Origin: Schmidtea polychroa
Lineage: Eukaryota
Direction of reading: 5' to 3'
DNA: 64,000 nucleotides
Assembly: GCA_044892525.1 (NCBI GenBank)
Contig: CM097885.1
Coordinates: 34,164,001 to 34,228,000, forward strand
Shown: positions 47,001 to 53,033 of the stretch, one piece after another
How the letters are laid out: each line of letters opens with the position of its first letter
Position numbering within the stretch: the stretch's first letter is position 1
The notes under the pieces: generated by a model
Seen by the model: only the letters and a program-made list of their open reading frames with translations
Told to the model about the DNA's origin: nothing
Database searches by the model: none
Made by a program: the position numbers and the translations under genes

Positions 47001-48312
47001 CTGTCCCATTATAATACTGATCCCATTCACCCTGTCTCTTTATAATACTGATCCCATTCAACCTGTCCCATTATAATATTGATCCCATTAACCTTTTCCA
47101 ATTATAATACCGATCCCATTCAACCTGTCTCTTTATTATACTGATCCCATTCACCCTGTCCCATTATAATATTGATCCCATTAACCTTTTCCAATTATAA
47201 TACCGATCCCATTCAACCTGTCTCTTTATTATACTGATCCCATTCACCGTGTTCTATTATAATATTGATCCTATTCACCATGTCCCATTATAATACTGAT
47301 CCCATTAACCTTTTCCAATTATAATATTGATCCCATTCACCCTGTCTCTTTATAATACTGATCCCATTCACCCGTTTCAATTATAACACTGACCCAATTG
47401 ATTCGGCCCCATTACAATACTTGATCCCATTGAAATTACCCATTTATGACAGTGATCTAATTCAACTTGCCCTATCATAATGCTGATCGCATTACAATAC
47501 TCATCCCATTTGGTTTATCCGAAAATAAAAATTAATAATGTCGCTATGGAAAATTATCTAGTATATAAAAAAAAGTAAAATTTTGAAATTTTGCCCCGAA
47601 TAAAATTTATTGATAGAATCTGAAAGTGTGAAAATTAATTGCACTTTGAACTTTATGTATTTTAAATGAAAATTAACGAGAGAAAATCGTGCCGATTTAA
47701 ACAGTTAATGGCCATCAGCGGTATCTAATTGATGAATTATTGTCATTTTATTTGTCCTCTATCTTTATGTTATCCTATAATTTAATTGTAAATTTTTAAT
47801 ATTTTTCAAATAAAAATCTGTAAATAATTACAACAGATTTGAAATGAAAATGCAGATTTACTTTGTTATTCCGATTTGGTGTGATATACTTGTTAATTTA
47901 TCAGTGCCTAAAATTCAATAAAAATAAAAATGACTTAGAAGTTATATACTTACAATTGGATAAAAATGACGGTTTGAATATTAATGGAATGTGAAATAAT
48001 GAAATTGATAACGAAAATAACCCACTAACTGTTATTAAAATAATTAAAAATATTTGTATTGGTACTAAAACGTATTAAATTAACATGTGCTAATAATTTA
48101 ATTGAAATTACTTCGGATATGAGTTCGATTATATCTAATAAAAGGACAAACTAATAAGAGGAGTAGATATATAAATGAAAATCCATTGTATCTGGTTATT
48201 GTAGCTAAAATAATATTGTGATTAGAAATTTAAAGAAGTAATAACTACATCCTAGCAAACAAACTGGAAGAAATCCTCTCAATAGTATATAGTCAAATGT
48301 TACCCAACTCAT
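1..48312 (-). CDS. piezo: Piezo-type mechanosensitive ion channel, multi-exon gene, 3' end beyond left edge of window
   Basis: 38 GT-AG exons joined by hand in consistent phase (~6.4 kb CDS): 48312-48249, 48204-48112, 48064-47954, 47907-47862, 40372-39707, 37941-37761, 36155-35856, 30911-30639, 28970-28799, 28750-28608, 28561-28413, 28307-28161, 26469-26387, 26113-25962, 24654-24475, 23715-23626, 23574-23374, 23330-23129, 23069-22980, 22880-22724, 22513-22328, 22281-22100, 17885-17735, 17693-17539, 16344-16016, 15971-15768, 15014-14970, 9071-9033, 8882-8597, 8528-8493, 5368-5170, 3793-3475, 2566-2309, 732-692, 643-484, 434-390, 347-181, 134-1. Piezo hallmark peptides: LPVCLLGSTITRYNGFSFIYLL, SGDYYLFE, FLWAMLSVPRPSKNFW, IIDRALFLRK, YPLRILGNFLT. 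Confidence 0.96.
181..347 (-). CDS. piezo: Piezo exon 37
   Basis: IPVPFITMIITQFVFIIIDRALFLRK...HAWLFFALP. Confidence 0.92.
390..434 (-). CDS. piezo: Piezo exon 36
   Basis: TDSADNAFDFIKTNK, phase 0/0. Confidence 0.75.
484..643 (-). CDS. piezo: Piezo exon 35
   Basis: DVYVFMFLCEFIAFLIIIFGYVSFG. Confidence 0.9.
692..732 (-). CDS. piezo: Piezo exon 34 (small)
   Basis: AG/GT bounded; provides the phase needed for the next exon. Confidence 0.55.
1673..1757. repeat. (ATT)n microsatellite
   Basis: Direct reading. Confidence 0.95.
2309..2566 (-). CDS. piezo: Piezo exon 33
   Basis: IKYIFQF...DLIQLLFIFLHRGYLKNNGLW. Confidence 0.92.
2825..3316. repeat. Diverged tandem duplication, two ~230-250 bp copies
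   Basis: aattacttaacaaaactatcata...cagaattattgaag...attacataataa recurs from ~2839 and ~3089. Confidence 0.85.
3475..3793 (-). CDS. piezo: Piezo exon 32
   Basis: SEFVCYFLLILNHM...FLWAMLSVPRPSKNFWIALITYTE. Confidence 0.95.
4050..4720 (+). mobile_element. Degenerate pogo-family transposase remnant
   Basis: RLCYKFMKRNKLSIRSVTSV (CENP-B-type HTH) and KG*INETIKTE*VDKV*RKR resembling KGWMNE..EWLDKVW; boundaries approximate. Confidence 0.65.
5170..5368 (-). CDS. piezo: Piezo exon 31
   Basis: TKEYRRIRRTLDNEKR. Confidence 0.85.
7099..8024 (-). mobile_element. Merlin (IS1016/IS1595-like) DNA transposon with decayed transposase
   Basis: ~24-bp TIRs GGTACTTCTGCAGTATT(T/C)ACCCAA; 8-bp TSD GAAAGAAA (7091-7098, 8025-8032); frameshifted peptides GGDGREVEIDE, RKYNR, WVFG, ISDGWPAY, VNHYETFSDPNTGFHTNRVE. 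Confidence 0.92.
8493..8528 (-). CDS. piezo: Piezo exon 30 (small)
   Basis: KDFEDNLLTVP|GTAAGG, phase 1/1. Confidence 0.55.
8597..8882 (-). CDS. piezo: Piezo exon 29
   Basis: Stop-free 95-codon acidic/Ser-rich loop, AG/GT bounded. Confidence 0.75.
9033..9071 (-). CDS. piezo: Piezo exon 28 (small, uncertain)
   Basis: TLRRSNAVVEDA; donor choice uncertain. Confidence 0.45.
9758..10797 (+). mobile_element. hAT (Buster/Charlie-like) transposon remnant
   Basis: SDIFNKLDEVNLSL...KLNAFKEKLSLW peptide; Buster-like 3' end ggtgcaccgcgaa...acactg; boundaries approximate. Confidence 0.7.
11940..12275. repeat. Imperfect long palindrome (foldback/MITE-like)
   Basis: Nested mirror blocks agatcaataaaatttt/aaaattttattgatct, ttgttgctatataa/ttatataacaacaa, gagacacttga/tcaagtatctc. 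Confidence 0.65.
12990..13750 (-). mobile_element. Tc1/mariner-superfamily transposase remnant
   Basis: DEIYFHLSGYVNKDN resembles the DE.HFHLSGYVNKQN motif; many stops; boundaries approximate. Confidence 0.6.
14970..15014 (-). CDS. piezo: Piezo exon 27 (small)
   Basis: SSVGLDTQGRRQTRR|GTAAGT, phase 0/0. Confidence 0.6.
15475..15576. repeat. (AAT)n microsatellite switching to (ATT)n
   Basis: Direct reading. Confidence 0.95.
15768..15971 (-). CDS. piezo: Piezo exon 26
   Basis: NPLQLINRA; AG/GT bounded, phase 0. Confidence 0.82.
16016..16344 (-). CDS. piezo: Piezo exon 25
   Basis: VRSGDYYLFE followed by an acidic stretch. Confidence 0.9.
17539..17693 (-). CDS. piezo: Piezo exon 24 (beam helix)
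   Basis: GAYLI...LDKIKKKIDKI. Confidence 0.88.
17735..17885 (-). CDS. piezo: Piezo exon 23
   Basis: GLHWDVTCFLFIILQRKIF...ASR. Confidence 0.9.
19020..19361 (+). mobile_element. hAT-like non-autonomous element 3' end
   Basis: gccgcatgcggctcacgagccacaggttggcctcccctg resembles a hAT-Charlie terminus; partner end not located. Confidence 0.55.
20362..21237 (-). mobile_element. pogo/Tigger internally deleted element
   Basis: TIRs CAGTAATACCTCGTACAATGCTC / CAGTAAAATCTCGTATAACGCTC, TA on both sides; ORF 20678-20953 is a Tigger-type C-terminus (DPDSER...QSKLDQFF). Confidence 0.85.
21240..21560 (+). mobile_element. DNA transposase remnant, probably Chapaev3-like (family tentative)
   Basis: HYGRKQWP...LPPIHIKMGLMKNF...(frameshift)FKYL...ISDAKLKAGIFIGPQ, resembling the widespread PPLHIKLGLMK transposase family. 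Confidence 0.7.
22100..22281 (-). CDS. piezo: Piezo exon 22
   Basis: WNVIIYYN...CWMIPLFGVQC. Confidence 0.88.
22328..22513 (-). CDS. piezo: Piezo exon 21
   Basis: SYVDYLK...WLSLAIVFTTG...FCLGY. Confidence 0.9.
22724..22880 (-). CDS. piezo: Piezo exon 20
   Basis: ADFFQFVFVALQYRVF...GGGKN. Confidence 0.88.
22980..23069 (-). CDS. piezo: Piezo exon 19
   Basis: YPF...LQRWLFLP. Confidence 0.87.
23129..23330 (-). CDS. piezo: Piezo exon 18
   Basis: RVDVYS...VGLPPGLC. Confidence 0.9.
23374..23574 (-). CDS. piezo: Piezo exon 17
   Basis: KFCINFAFYKLGLE. Confidence 0.88.
23626..23715 (-). CDS. piezo: Piezo exon 16
   Basis: IDNAKWIGLEK. Confidence 0.85.
23957..24070 (+). mobile_element. Tigger-like terminal fragment
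   Basis: TA|CAGGAAACCCTCGATTAACGCGG TIR-like end; partner end not found. Confidence 0.45.
24475..24654 (-). CDS. piezo: Piezo exon 15
   Basis: LMKMIYQL...TNCS. Confidence 0.88.
25681..25811. repeat. 131-bp near-perfect palindrome
   Basis: 48-bp perfect arms 25681-25728 / 25764-25811; the loop itself is largely palindromic around TCACAATTGTGA. Confidence 0.95.
25962..26113 (-). CDS. piezo: Piezo exon 14
   Basis: WRFFECHFTKIV. Confidence 0.87.
26387..26469 (-). CDS. piezo: Piezo exon 13
   Basis: AG/GT bounded, phase-consistent loop exon. Confidence 0.7.
26567..26778. mobile_element. pogo/Tc1-type MITE (212 bp)
   Basis: TIRs CCGTATATTTCGGC(A/G)TATAAG(G/A)CGACC, TA TSD; interrupts another repeat. 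Confidence 0.9.
26890..26966. repeat. Hairpin repeat family copy
   Basis: aaaaaaattgactatgaatcagtaaa...tttacttattcatagtcaattttttt. Confidence 0.85.
27130..28075. mobile_element. Segment bounded by ~65-bp inverted repeats of the hairpin repeat family
   Basis: 27130-27194 is the near-exact reverse complement of 28011-28075. Confidence 0.7.
28161..28307 (-). CDS. piezo: Piezo exon 12
   Basis: LQDIGL...LLTPVVFLVVIIVQVRYFHKPF. Confidence 0.9.
28413..28561 (-). CDS. piezo: Piezo exon 11
   Basis: WRKQMYVFWWFVIVYSVIVLLCIYTYQF. Confidence 0.9.
28608..28750 (-). CDS. piezo: Piezo exon 10
   Basis: KYWILVCC...VFRIVYMLL. Confidence 0.9.
28799..28970 (-). CDS. piezo: Piezo exon 9
   Basis: FWLTLRLF motif. 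Confidence 0.85.
29741..30134. mobile_element. PIF/Harbinger-like MITE
   Basis: Ends cataattacgtcatgc / gcgtgacctaattatg, TAA-like flanks, GC-richer interior. Confidence 0.5.
30639..30911 (-). CDS. piezo: Piezo exon 8
   Basis: AWSVTYKSWMSFILLLSACYLW, conserved in Piezo. Confidence 0.92.
31372..31546. mobile_element. piggyBac-type MITE (175 bp)
   Basis: TTAA on both sides; TIRs CCATTTCACTGCGT / CCCTTTCCCTGCGT. Confidence 0.8.
34540..34601. repeat. (TA)n microsatellite
   Basis: Direct reading. Confidence 0.95.
35169..35284. repeat. 25-bp perfect inverted repeat
   Basis: acaaaaaatcgaaaattaattctat (35169-35193) / reverse complement (35260-35284). Confidence 0.85.
35480..35670. repeat. AT-rich degenerate tandem repeat
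   Basis: Recurring attaatttcgaaatcgattaagatat(t)aattgaaattaattt. Confidence 0.7.
35856..36155 (-). CDS. piezo: Piezo exon 7
   Basis: Loop ending NSFVFTFIAMM|GTAAG; tandem CAGCAG acceptor (start 36155 or 36152). Confidence 0.85.
36357..36535. repeat. Hairpin repeat family copy with shared flanks
   Basis: gactatgaatcagtaaagatat...atatctttactgattcatagtc plus blocks also found at ~25801 and ~26974. Confidence 0.85.
37761..37941 (-). CDS. piezo: Piezo exon 6
   Basis: RLLGLYYLVNTSC...YLSPCIIMYVYY. Confidence 0.85.
39514..39700. repeat. Imperfect (AAT)n microsatellite
   Basis: Direct reading. Confidence 0.9.
39707..40372 (-). CDS. piezo: Piezo exon 5
   Basis: RLVLPD...AGIISPSILNSVYLFGFLGICTFWA; coding part of ORF 39511..40359. 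Confidence 0.9.
40952..41030. repeat. (ATT)n microsatellite
   Basis: Direct reading. Confidence 0.95.
45650..47510. repeat. 31-bp minisatellite, ~55 core units plus degenerate flanks
   Basis: TATAATACTGATCCCATT core recurs every 31 bp (AATA(C/T)TGATC at 45711, 45742, 45773...) with a small set of variable halves. Confidence 0.95.
47862..47907 (-). CDS. piezo: Piezo exon 4
   Basis: CTDKLTSISHQIGIT (Piezo C...QIG motif); restores phase to next exon. Confidence 0.8.
47954..48064 (-). CDS. piezo: Piezo exon 3
   Basis: TM helix PIQIFLIILITVSGLFSLSISLFH, AG/GTAAGT bounded. Confidence 0.85.
48112..48204 (-). CDS. piezo: Piezo exon 2
   Basis: STITRYNGFSFIYLLLLLVCPF, conserved Piezo N-terminal motif, AG/GT bounded. 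Confidence 0.9.
48249..48312 (-). CDS. piezo: Piezo exon 1 (start codon)
   Basis: MSWVTFDYILLRGFLPVCLLG, GT donor; resembles the Piezo N-terminus. Confidence 0.85.
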
Positions 48313-49312
48313 TACATGTAAACGATTTCTAAAATTAAAAATTGTAATTATAGTTATGATTTGAAAATGGAATATACCAAATAGATAGATTGAAATATAG
48401 TATTAACATCTTAATTTAAATAAAAAATTGAAATTAAATTATAAATAATATATTTTGAAATAAATTAAAGTTAATCAGAACACAGAGACTCAATTAAAAA
48501 CAAAATTCATTAAAATAACTAATTTTAGTATATTTAAACAATTTTCTCTGAGACTATTAATTCTTAAAATGTAAATCTAATTATAAAAGTTAAAAAGAAT
48601 ATTTAGAAATAATTGTTTAGAACAAAATTAGATTGAATCATAAATTCCTATTCAATAATTTATTTTCATCATTTAATGTTAATAAAGATTTGGATTCTGA
48701 ATAAATATTACGAAAAAAGACAAGTATCTAACATACGTAAAATTATTTTATGTATTTTAATGTAATTATAAGCGCGATATAATAAAACTTCATTTAATAA
48801 ATCTATACGTGTATTAGGAATCGTTGATCAAAGTTAGAATGGCAATCCACTTTCACAACTTTTTTCAGTATTCAATAAATTCGTTTTTAATTTGACCATT
48901 TTGTTTAAATAAATTATGAATATATTTATAATTCACATCATTAATATAATCCTATTATTTTGTTTACCATGAGCCGAAAGTAAAACAAACTACATAATGC
49001 ATGAAAGAAGATAAAGACTAACTAGGTCGATATCAAATACATATAGCAAATACATCACTCAATTATTTTTAATGATAACAAACATCAACTAATCATTAAT
49101 TATACAAAAATATCACCTAAATATAAAAAAACTAACAAAACAAGATCATCACAGGCATGAAGAACATCGAATACAAGATTGAACCACTGCTGGAAACGTC
49201 TAGGTCTCGTATTGCTCGCGATTTGCTAAAGCATGCAAATCTCCTCAAATAAATTAATAGGGAAATCACGTGTGATAAACATGTCGATCAAATCTACCAT
49301 CCAAGTGAATCG

Positions 49313-49367
49313 CCAAAAGAATAAATGATTCCCCAAAAGAATAAATGATTCCCCAAAGAATAAATGA
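49313..49367. repeat. 20-bp tandem repeat x~2.8
   Basis: ccaaaagaataaatgattcc. Confidence 0.85.
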
Positions 49368-49982
49368 CGTGACTCAGATTTGATCACGCATTTGAAAACC
49401 TACACTGGGGATTACAAACTTATGTTGATCCAGAGGGCCATTAACTATTAAATTAATTAAGTAGTAATAATTAAAATAGGACTGTTGGAGCTAGCACAAC
49501 ACAACATCTATGGCAAAAGTTTATTTAAAATTATAAAAAGACACCAAATAAACAATAAATTTAACTTATTTTTGTAAATTAATTAAAATTATTTACGTTC
49601 TTTAATGCATTTAAAATTTTTTTAATTAGTTGAATTTATTTGCGAGATAGTCTGAGAATTTTAAATTCAGTAGCCAACTGGTTAATGGATGAACCTGCAG
49701 GAATGCATTGAGCAGTTCCTCGTTCGGTTCAGAAATTAGACGAGTAGGGTATGATTTCAGACACTTTGGTAGCCTGGCCTTAAGTAGGTCAGAATCGGCA
49801 AGTTTTTTCGTGTCAGATACGACTTTCTCAAGAATGTCATATGGATTCTGATCAGTCTCTTCACCAACAGGCACTCCAAGATACTGATAAAATTCATTAG
49901 GTTGTAATTTTTTGATTTTAATGCCGTCGATCGAAATTTCACTATCTATTTCAAGGTTTGGCAATTGAAGATATGCACACTT

Positions 49983-52900
49983 TTAAGGGCGATATTCAAA
50001 GCCGATTTCAGCTGCAGTTGCGACAGCTATATCAGTGATTTTCTGAAGTTCTTCAACAGATTTTGTAACTAAAGCTATGTCATCTGCATATGCAAGGATC
50101 TTAATTGGAGATTTCCCAATCCTGAAAGGTCTACAATCGGATCGCGATACAGCTTCAAGTACTGGATTAATGGCCAAAGCAAACAATATCATCGATATTG
50201 GACATCCTTGTTTGACACCTTGTTTAATAGGGATGTTTGGCGTCAGAATATTACCACAGCTGTGAAAGGTACTTGAGTTGGAATATAACATCTGGATGAT
50301 GGATGCAAATTCCTCGCTTACTCCAATGAATCGGAGTAAGGACCACATGTATTCATGAGGAACACTAACAAAGGCATCTTTTATATCAAGCCAAGCAATT
50401 GCAAGAGGCTTATTTATGCTGTATTTTGAGTGTTCTAGTGCAGCAGAAAGAATTGAATTATGCTCAACACATCCATCATGTTGTGAGCCACTTTTTTGAC
50501 CGATATGTAAAAGATCATTCGAGTTTATCCAACTTGTCAGACGACTAGCTAAACAAGATGCGAAAACCTTGTAAATGACAGAAAGCAATGCAATTGGACG
50601 CCAAGACGAGACGTCATCATATTTTCCATCTTTATCCGGCTTAGGAGTTAGGAGCGTTTTGAAAGTCTTCCAACTGTCTGGTATGGTCTTGTTTAAAATG
50701 ATTTTATTGTACAAGAAAGTTAGCAATTTACCCTCGGGATCAAGAGACAACAAGTCACGATATTGATTTCCATCAATACCAGGACATGTGTTCTCAGCTT
50801 TCTTTAGTTCGATAAGTACTTCATCACATGTGAGCAAAATTAAACGAAGTTTAATTTGGGAACGTTTAGAGAACTCAAATATTTTATCCCATGATTTTTC
50901 TAAAGGGGTTTTGTGCATGAAATTCATGACAATATTTTGAAATTTTGGCATCACTGTGATATTTGTATTGTTGAAGATTTTATTGACTGTTGATTTCATA
51001 TCAGTCATGAATTTTGCGATTAATTTACCCTTGTTGATTTTTGAAGGTAATTTCTTTTTATTTCCCAAGTATGGTTTATGAGTTGATTTTAATTTGTCAG
51101 GGAATTGCTCAATGATAACGTCAATGATTTCGTTTGCATTGAAATCTGTCACTCTCCTCAGTAGTTCTAATGCTTTGAGTTTACGCAATTCTAAATTTTC
51201 ATTCCCCTCTTTATTTTTGTTACTGTTTGTTGGTCTTACAGTCTTTTTCCTATTAAAATCTTTTACAGTTGGGATAAATGAGCTGACGACATTACCAATT
51301 TCGCGTAAGTTCAAATTTGTAAGAGGTAAGTCTTTAGCATAGTTTTGGATGAACGCGCATATCAGGATTTGACTAACTAGACCTGATCCTCGAGTGTCAT
51401 GAGGACAATTACCAGTATATAATACACGGCCAGGTGATTCTCTGATTTCATTAATTTTGTTCCTCAGAATTTTGCAGGTACGAAGATAATTTTCATTACC
51501 ACTCAGTGTTGTCGGATTTAGAAGATAGTGCTCATCAGTTTGGTAATCAATGATAAACAAGATTTTCCGTGATTTTTCTGGTGCTACGATAGTAAATATG
51601 ACTTGTGCCTTGATCAACGATTCACAATCTAAAAATTCATTTAAATATCCAGTGCAATCGTCAAGAATCGCAGTGCACATTGTAGCATTTATAAACATGA
51701 ACTTTGTGGGTAAGTTTAATTTATGAATGTATTTTGATGTGATTTCATCATTAATTTTACAGTTAATTAAGTTTAAATTCCTGGAGATCTCGTTTGTTTG
51801 TTGTATTTTATAAGATTTAAGGGAGTCACTGATACTTCTACGGCAAACCTGATTGTCAAAAAGTAATTTTTCGACCAATTCAATGACAGCAGAAGCAAAT
51901 ATATCTGGGTCAACAGATGTGATGGAAATGTGGTCGATGTTGTGGAGACTATTGAAGTTGATCTTCGTTTGAGAAAGGAAAAATTTATTCATATAGTCTG
52001 TCATGTTTTCTCCTATGCCGATTAGTCTCTCAGTTAGAATTCTGTTGTTAAAGTTGAAAATGTAACTGATTCCTAAAACGAAAGAGAAAAGATACAGACT
52101 CCAATTCGTGTCGTCTGGAATGACGCTGATAACATGTTCTATTCCAGCAAATTGTTTAAACGTGACATTTTCCCTGATGAATATATCGTTTTGTGCAATA
52201 ATATTCAATGTCAGTTCAGTAGAGAGAACAGTAATATTACTTCTATCTTTATACCATTCACTAATCAAGTATGTGACACATGAGTTCTGTTTTTGGAGAT
52301 ATATCAGGTTATCATTTCTCACCTTCTTAACTCCATTCCGTTTGATTGTCTCCATGAATTTTGGAAGGCCACCCCCCGAAGTTTTGGGATCTTTTTGTTG
52401 TTGAGTAAGTTTAAACTGGTGGACCTCTTTCCTGATAGTCTCGATGAAGCAGCCCGACAAGCTCTGCCATTCTCCACAAATCATCATGGCATATGCGCAG
52501 ATGTATGGCCCACAATCGTAGCTATTATTTTGATATAAAAGGTTATTATGAGGATGAAAAGTCATGGCTGCTTTAAGGTCAAACAATTCATTCAGAGCCA
52601 TTGTGATCTTAAGAGCAATTGTTTTATTCGTAAAACTATGCCGATTTAGAAGGATTGGATCAATGAAGTAAGAAATTAGAGAAGATTTACAATAAACGAA
52701 CAAGATCCAATGAGATTTGTCGATGTTAAGGGGGCATAATATTACTTGTGCTTTCAAGACTCTTTCCGGAATTGGGAAAGTGTCATTCTCGAGGTTAGAG
52801 CACAAAATCTCAACGATAAAACATTTGATAGACGCAAATTCTGGGTTGATGATCTGATTTTCGAGAAAATTATCAATATCATCATCAGTGAACCAGATCT

Positions 52901-53027
52901 TTGAGTCGCGTTTTACCATCAAATTTTTATTATTATTAATGATGTCGCGATGTTTATCAGTATTTTTTGTGCTGTCTGCATCAGTCTCCTTAGAGATTGG
53001 GGCAGATGTTGAGACTGATGCAGGCAC
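49983..53027 (-). CDS. Ulp1/C48 cysteine protease + reverse transcriptase
   Basis: WFTDDDID, SHWIL, FIDP, QNNSYDCG; RT motifs CPGIDG, WRPIAL, WLDIKDAF, GVKQGCPIS, YADD. Confidence 0.93.
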   Translation of the reverse strand: MPASVSTSAPISKETDADSTKNTDKHRDIINNNKNLMVKRDSKIWFTDDDIDNFLENQIINPEFASIKCFIVEILCSNLENDTFPIPERVLKAQVILCPLNIDKSHWILFVYCKSSLISYFIDPILLNRHSFTNKTIALKITMALNELFDLKAAMTFHPHNNLLYQNNSYDCGPYICAYAMMICGEWQSLSGCFIETIRKEVHQFKLTQQQKDPKTSGGGLPKFMETIKRNGVKKVRNDNLIYLQKQNSCVTYLISEWYKDRSNITVLSTELTLNIIAQNDIFIRENVTFKQFAGIEHVISVIPDDTNWSLYLFSFVLGISYIFNFNNRILTERLIGIGENMTDYMNKFFLSQTKINFNSLHNIDHISITSVDPDIFASAVIELVEKLLFDNQVCRRSISDSLKSYKIQQTNEISRNLNLINCKINDEITSKYIHKLNLPTKFMFINATMCTAILDDCTGYLNEFLDCESLIKAQVIFTIVAPEKSRKILFIIDYQTDEHYLLNPTTLSGNENYLRTCKILRNKINEIRESPGRVLYTGNCPHDTRGSGLVSQILICAFIQNYAKDLPLTNLNLREIGNVVSSFIPTVKDFNRKKTVRPTNSNKNKEGNENLELRKLKALELLRRVTDFNANEIIDVIIEQFPDKLKSTHKPYLGNKKKLPSKINKGKLIAKFMTDMKSTVNKIFNNTNITVMPKFQNIVMNFMHKTPLEKSWDKIFEFSKRSQIKLRLILLTCDEVLIELKKAENTCPGIDGNQYRDLLSLDPEGKLLTFLYNKIILNKTIPDSWKTFKTLLTPKPDKDGKYDDVSSWRPIALLSVIYKVFASCLASRLTSWINSNDLLHIGQKSGSQHDGCVEHNSILSAALEHSKYSINKPLAIAWLDIKDAFVSVPHEYMWSLLRFIGVSEEFASIIQMLYSNSSTFHSCGNILTPNIPIKQGVKQGCPISMILFALAINPVLEAVSRSDCRPFRIGKSPIKILAYADDIALVTKSVEELQKITDIAVATAAEIGFEYRP

Positions 53028-53033
53028 GCACCT

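Noticed and set aside
45650..47510. CRISPR array or repeat-protein exon
   Set aside because: The variable parts are only ~13 nt, mutually related and recurrent; no cas genes; eukaryotic intron; the 31-bp period is not a multiple of 3 and no ORF is present.
49983..53027. Bacterial retron, group II intron, DGR or Penelope-type RT system
   Set aside because: RT plus C-terminal CCHC/RLE and Ulp1 is the non-LTR NeSL-like architecture; the context is eukaryotic; no GIY-YIG domain.
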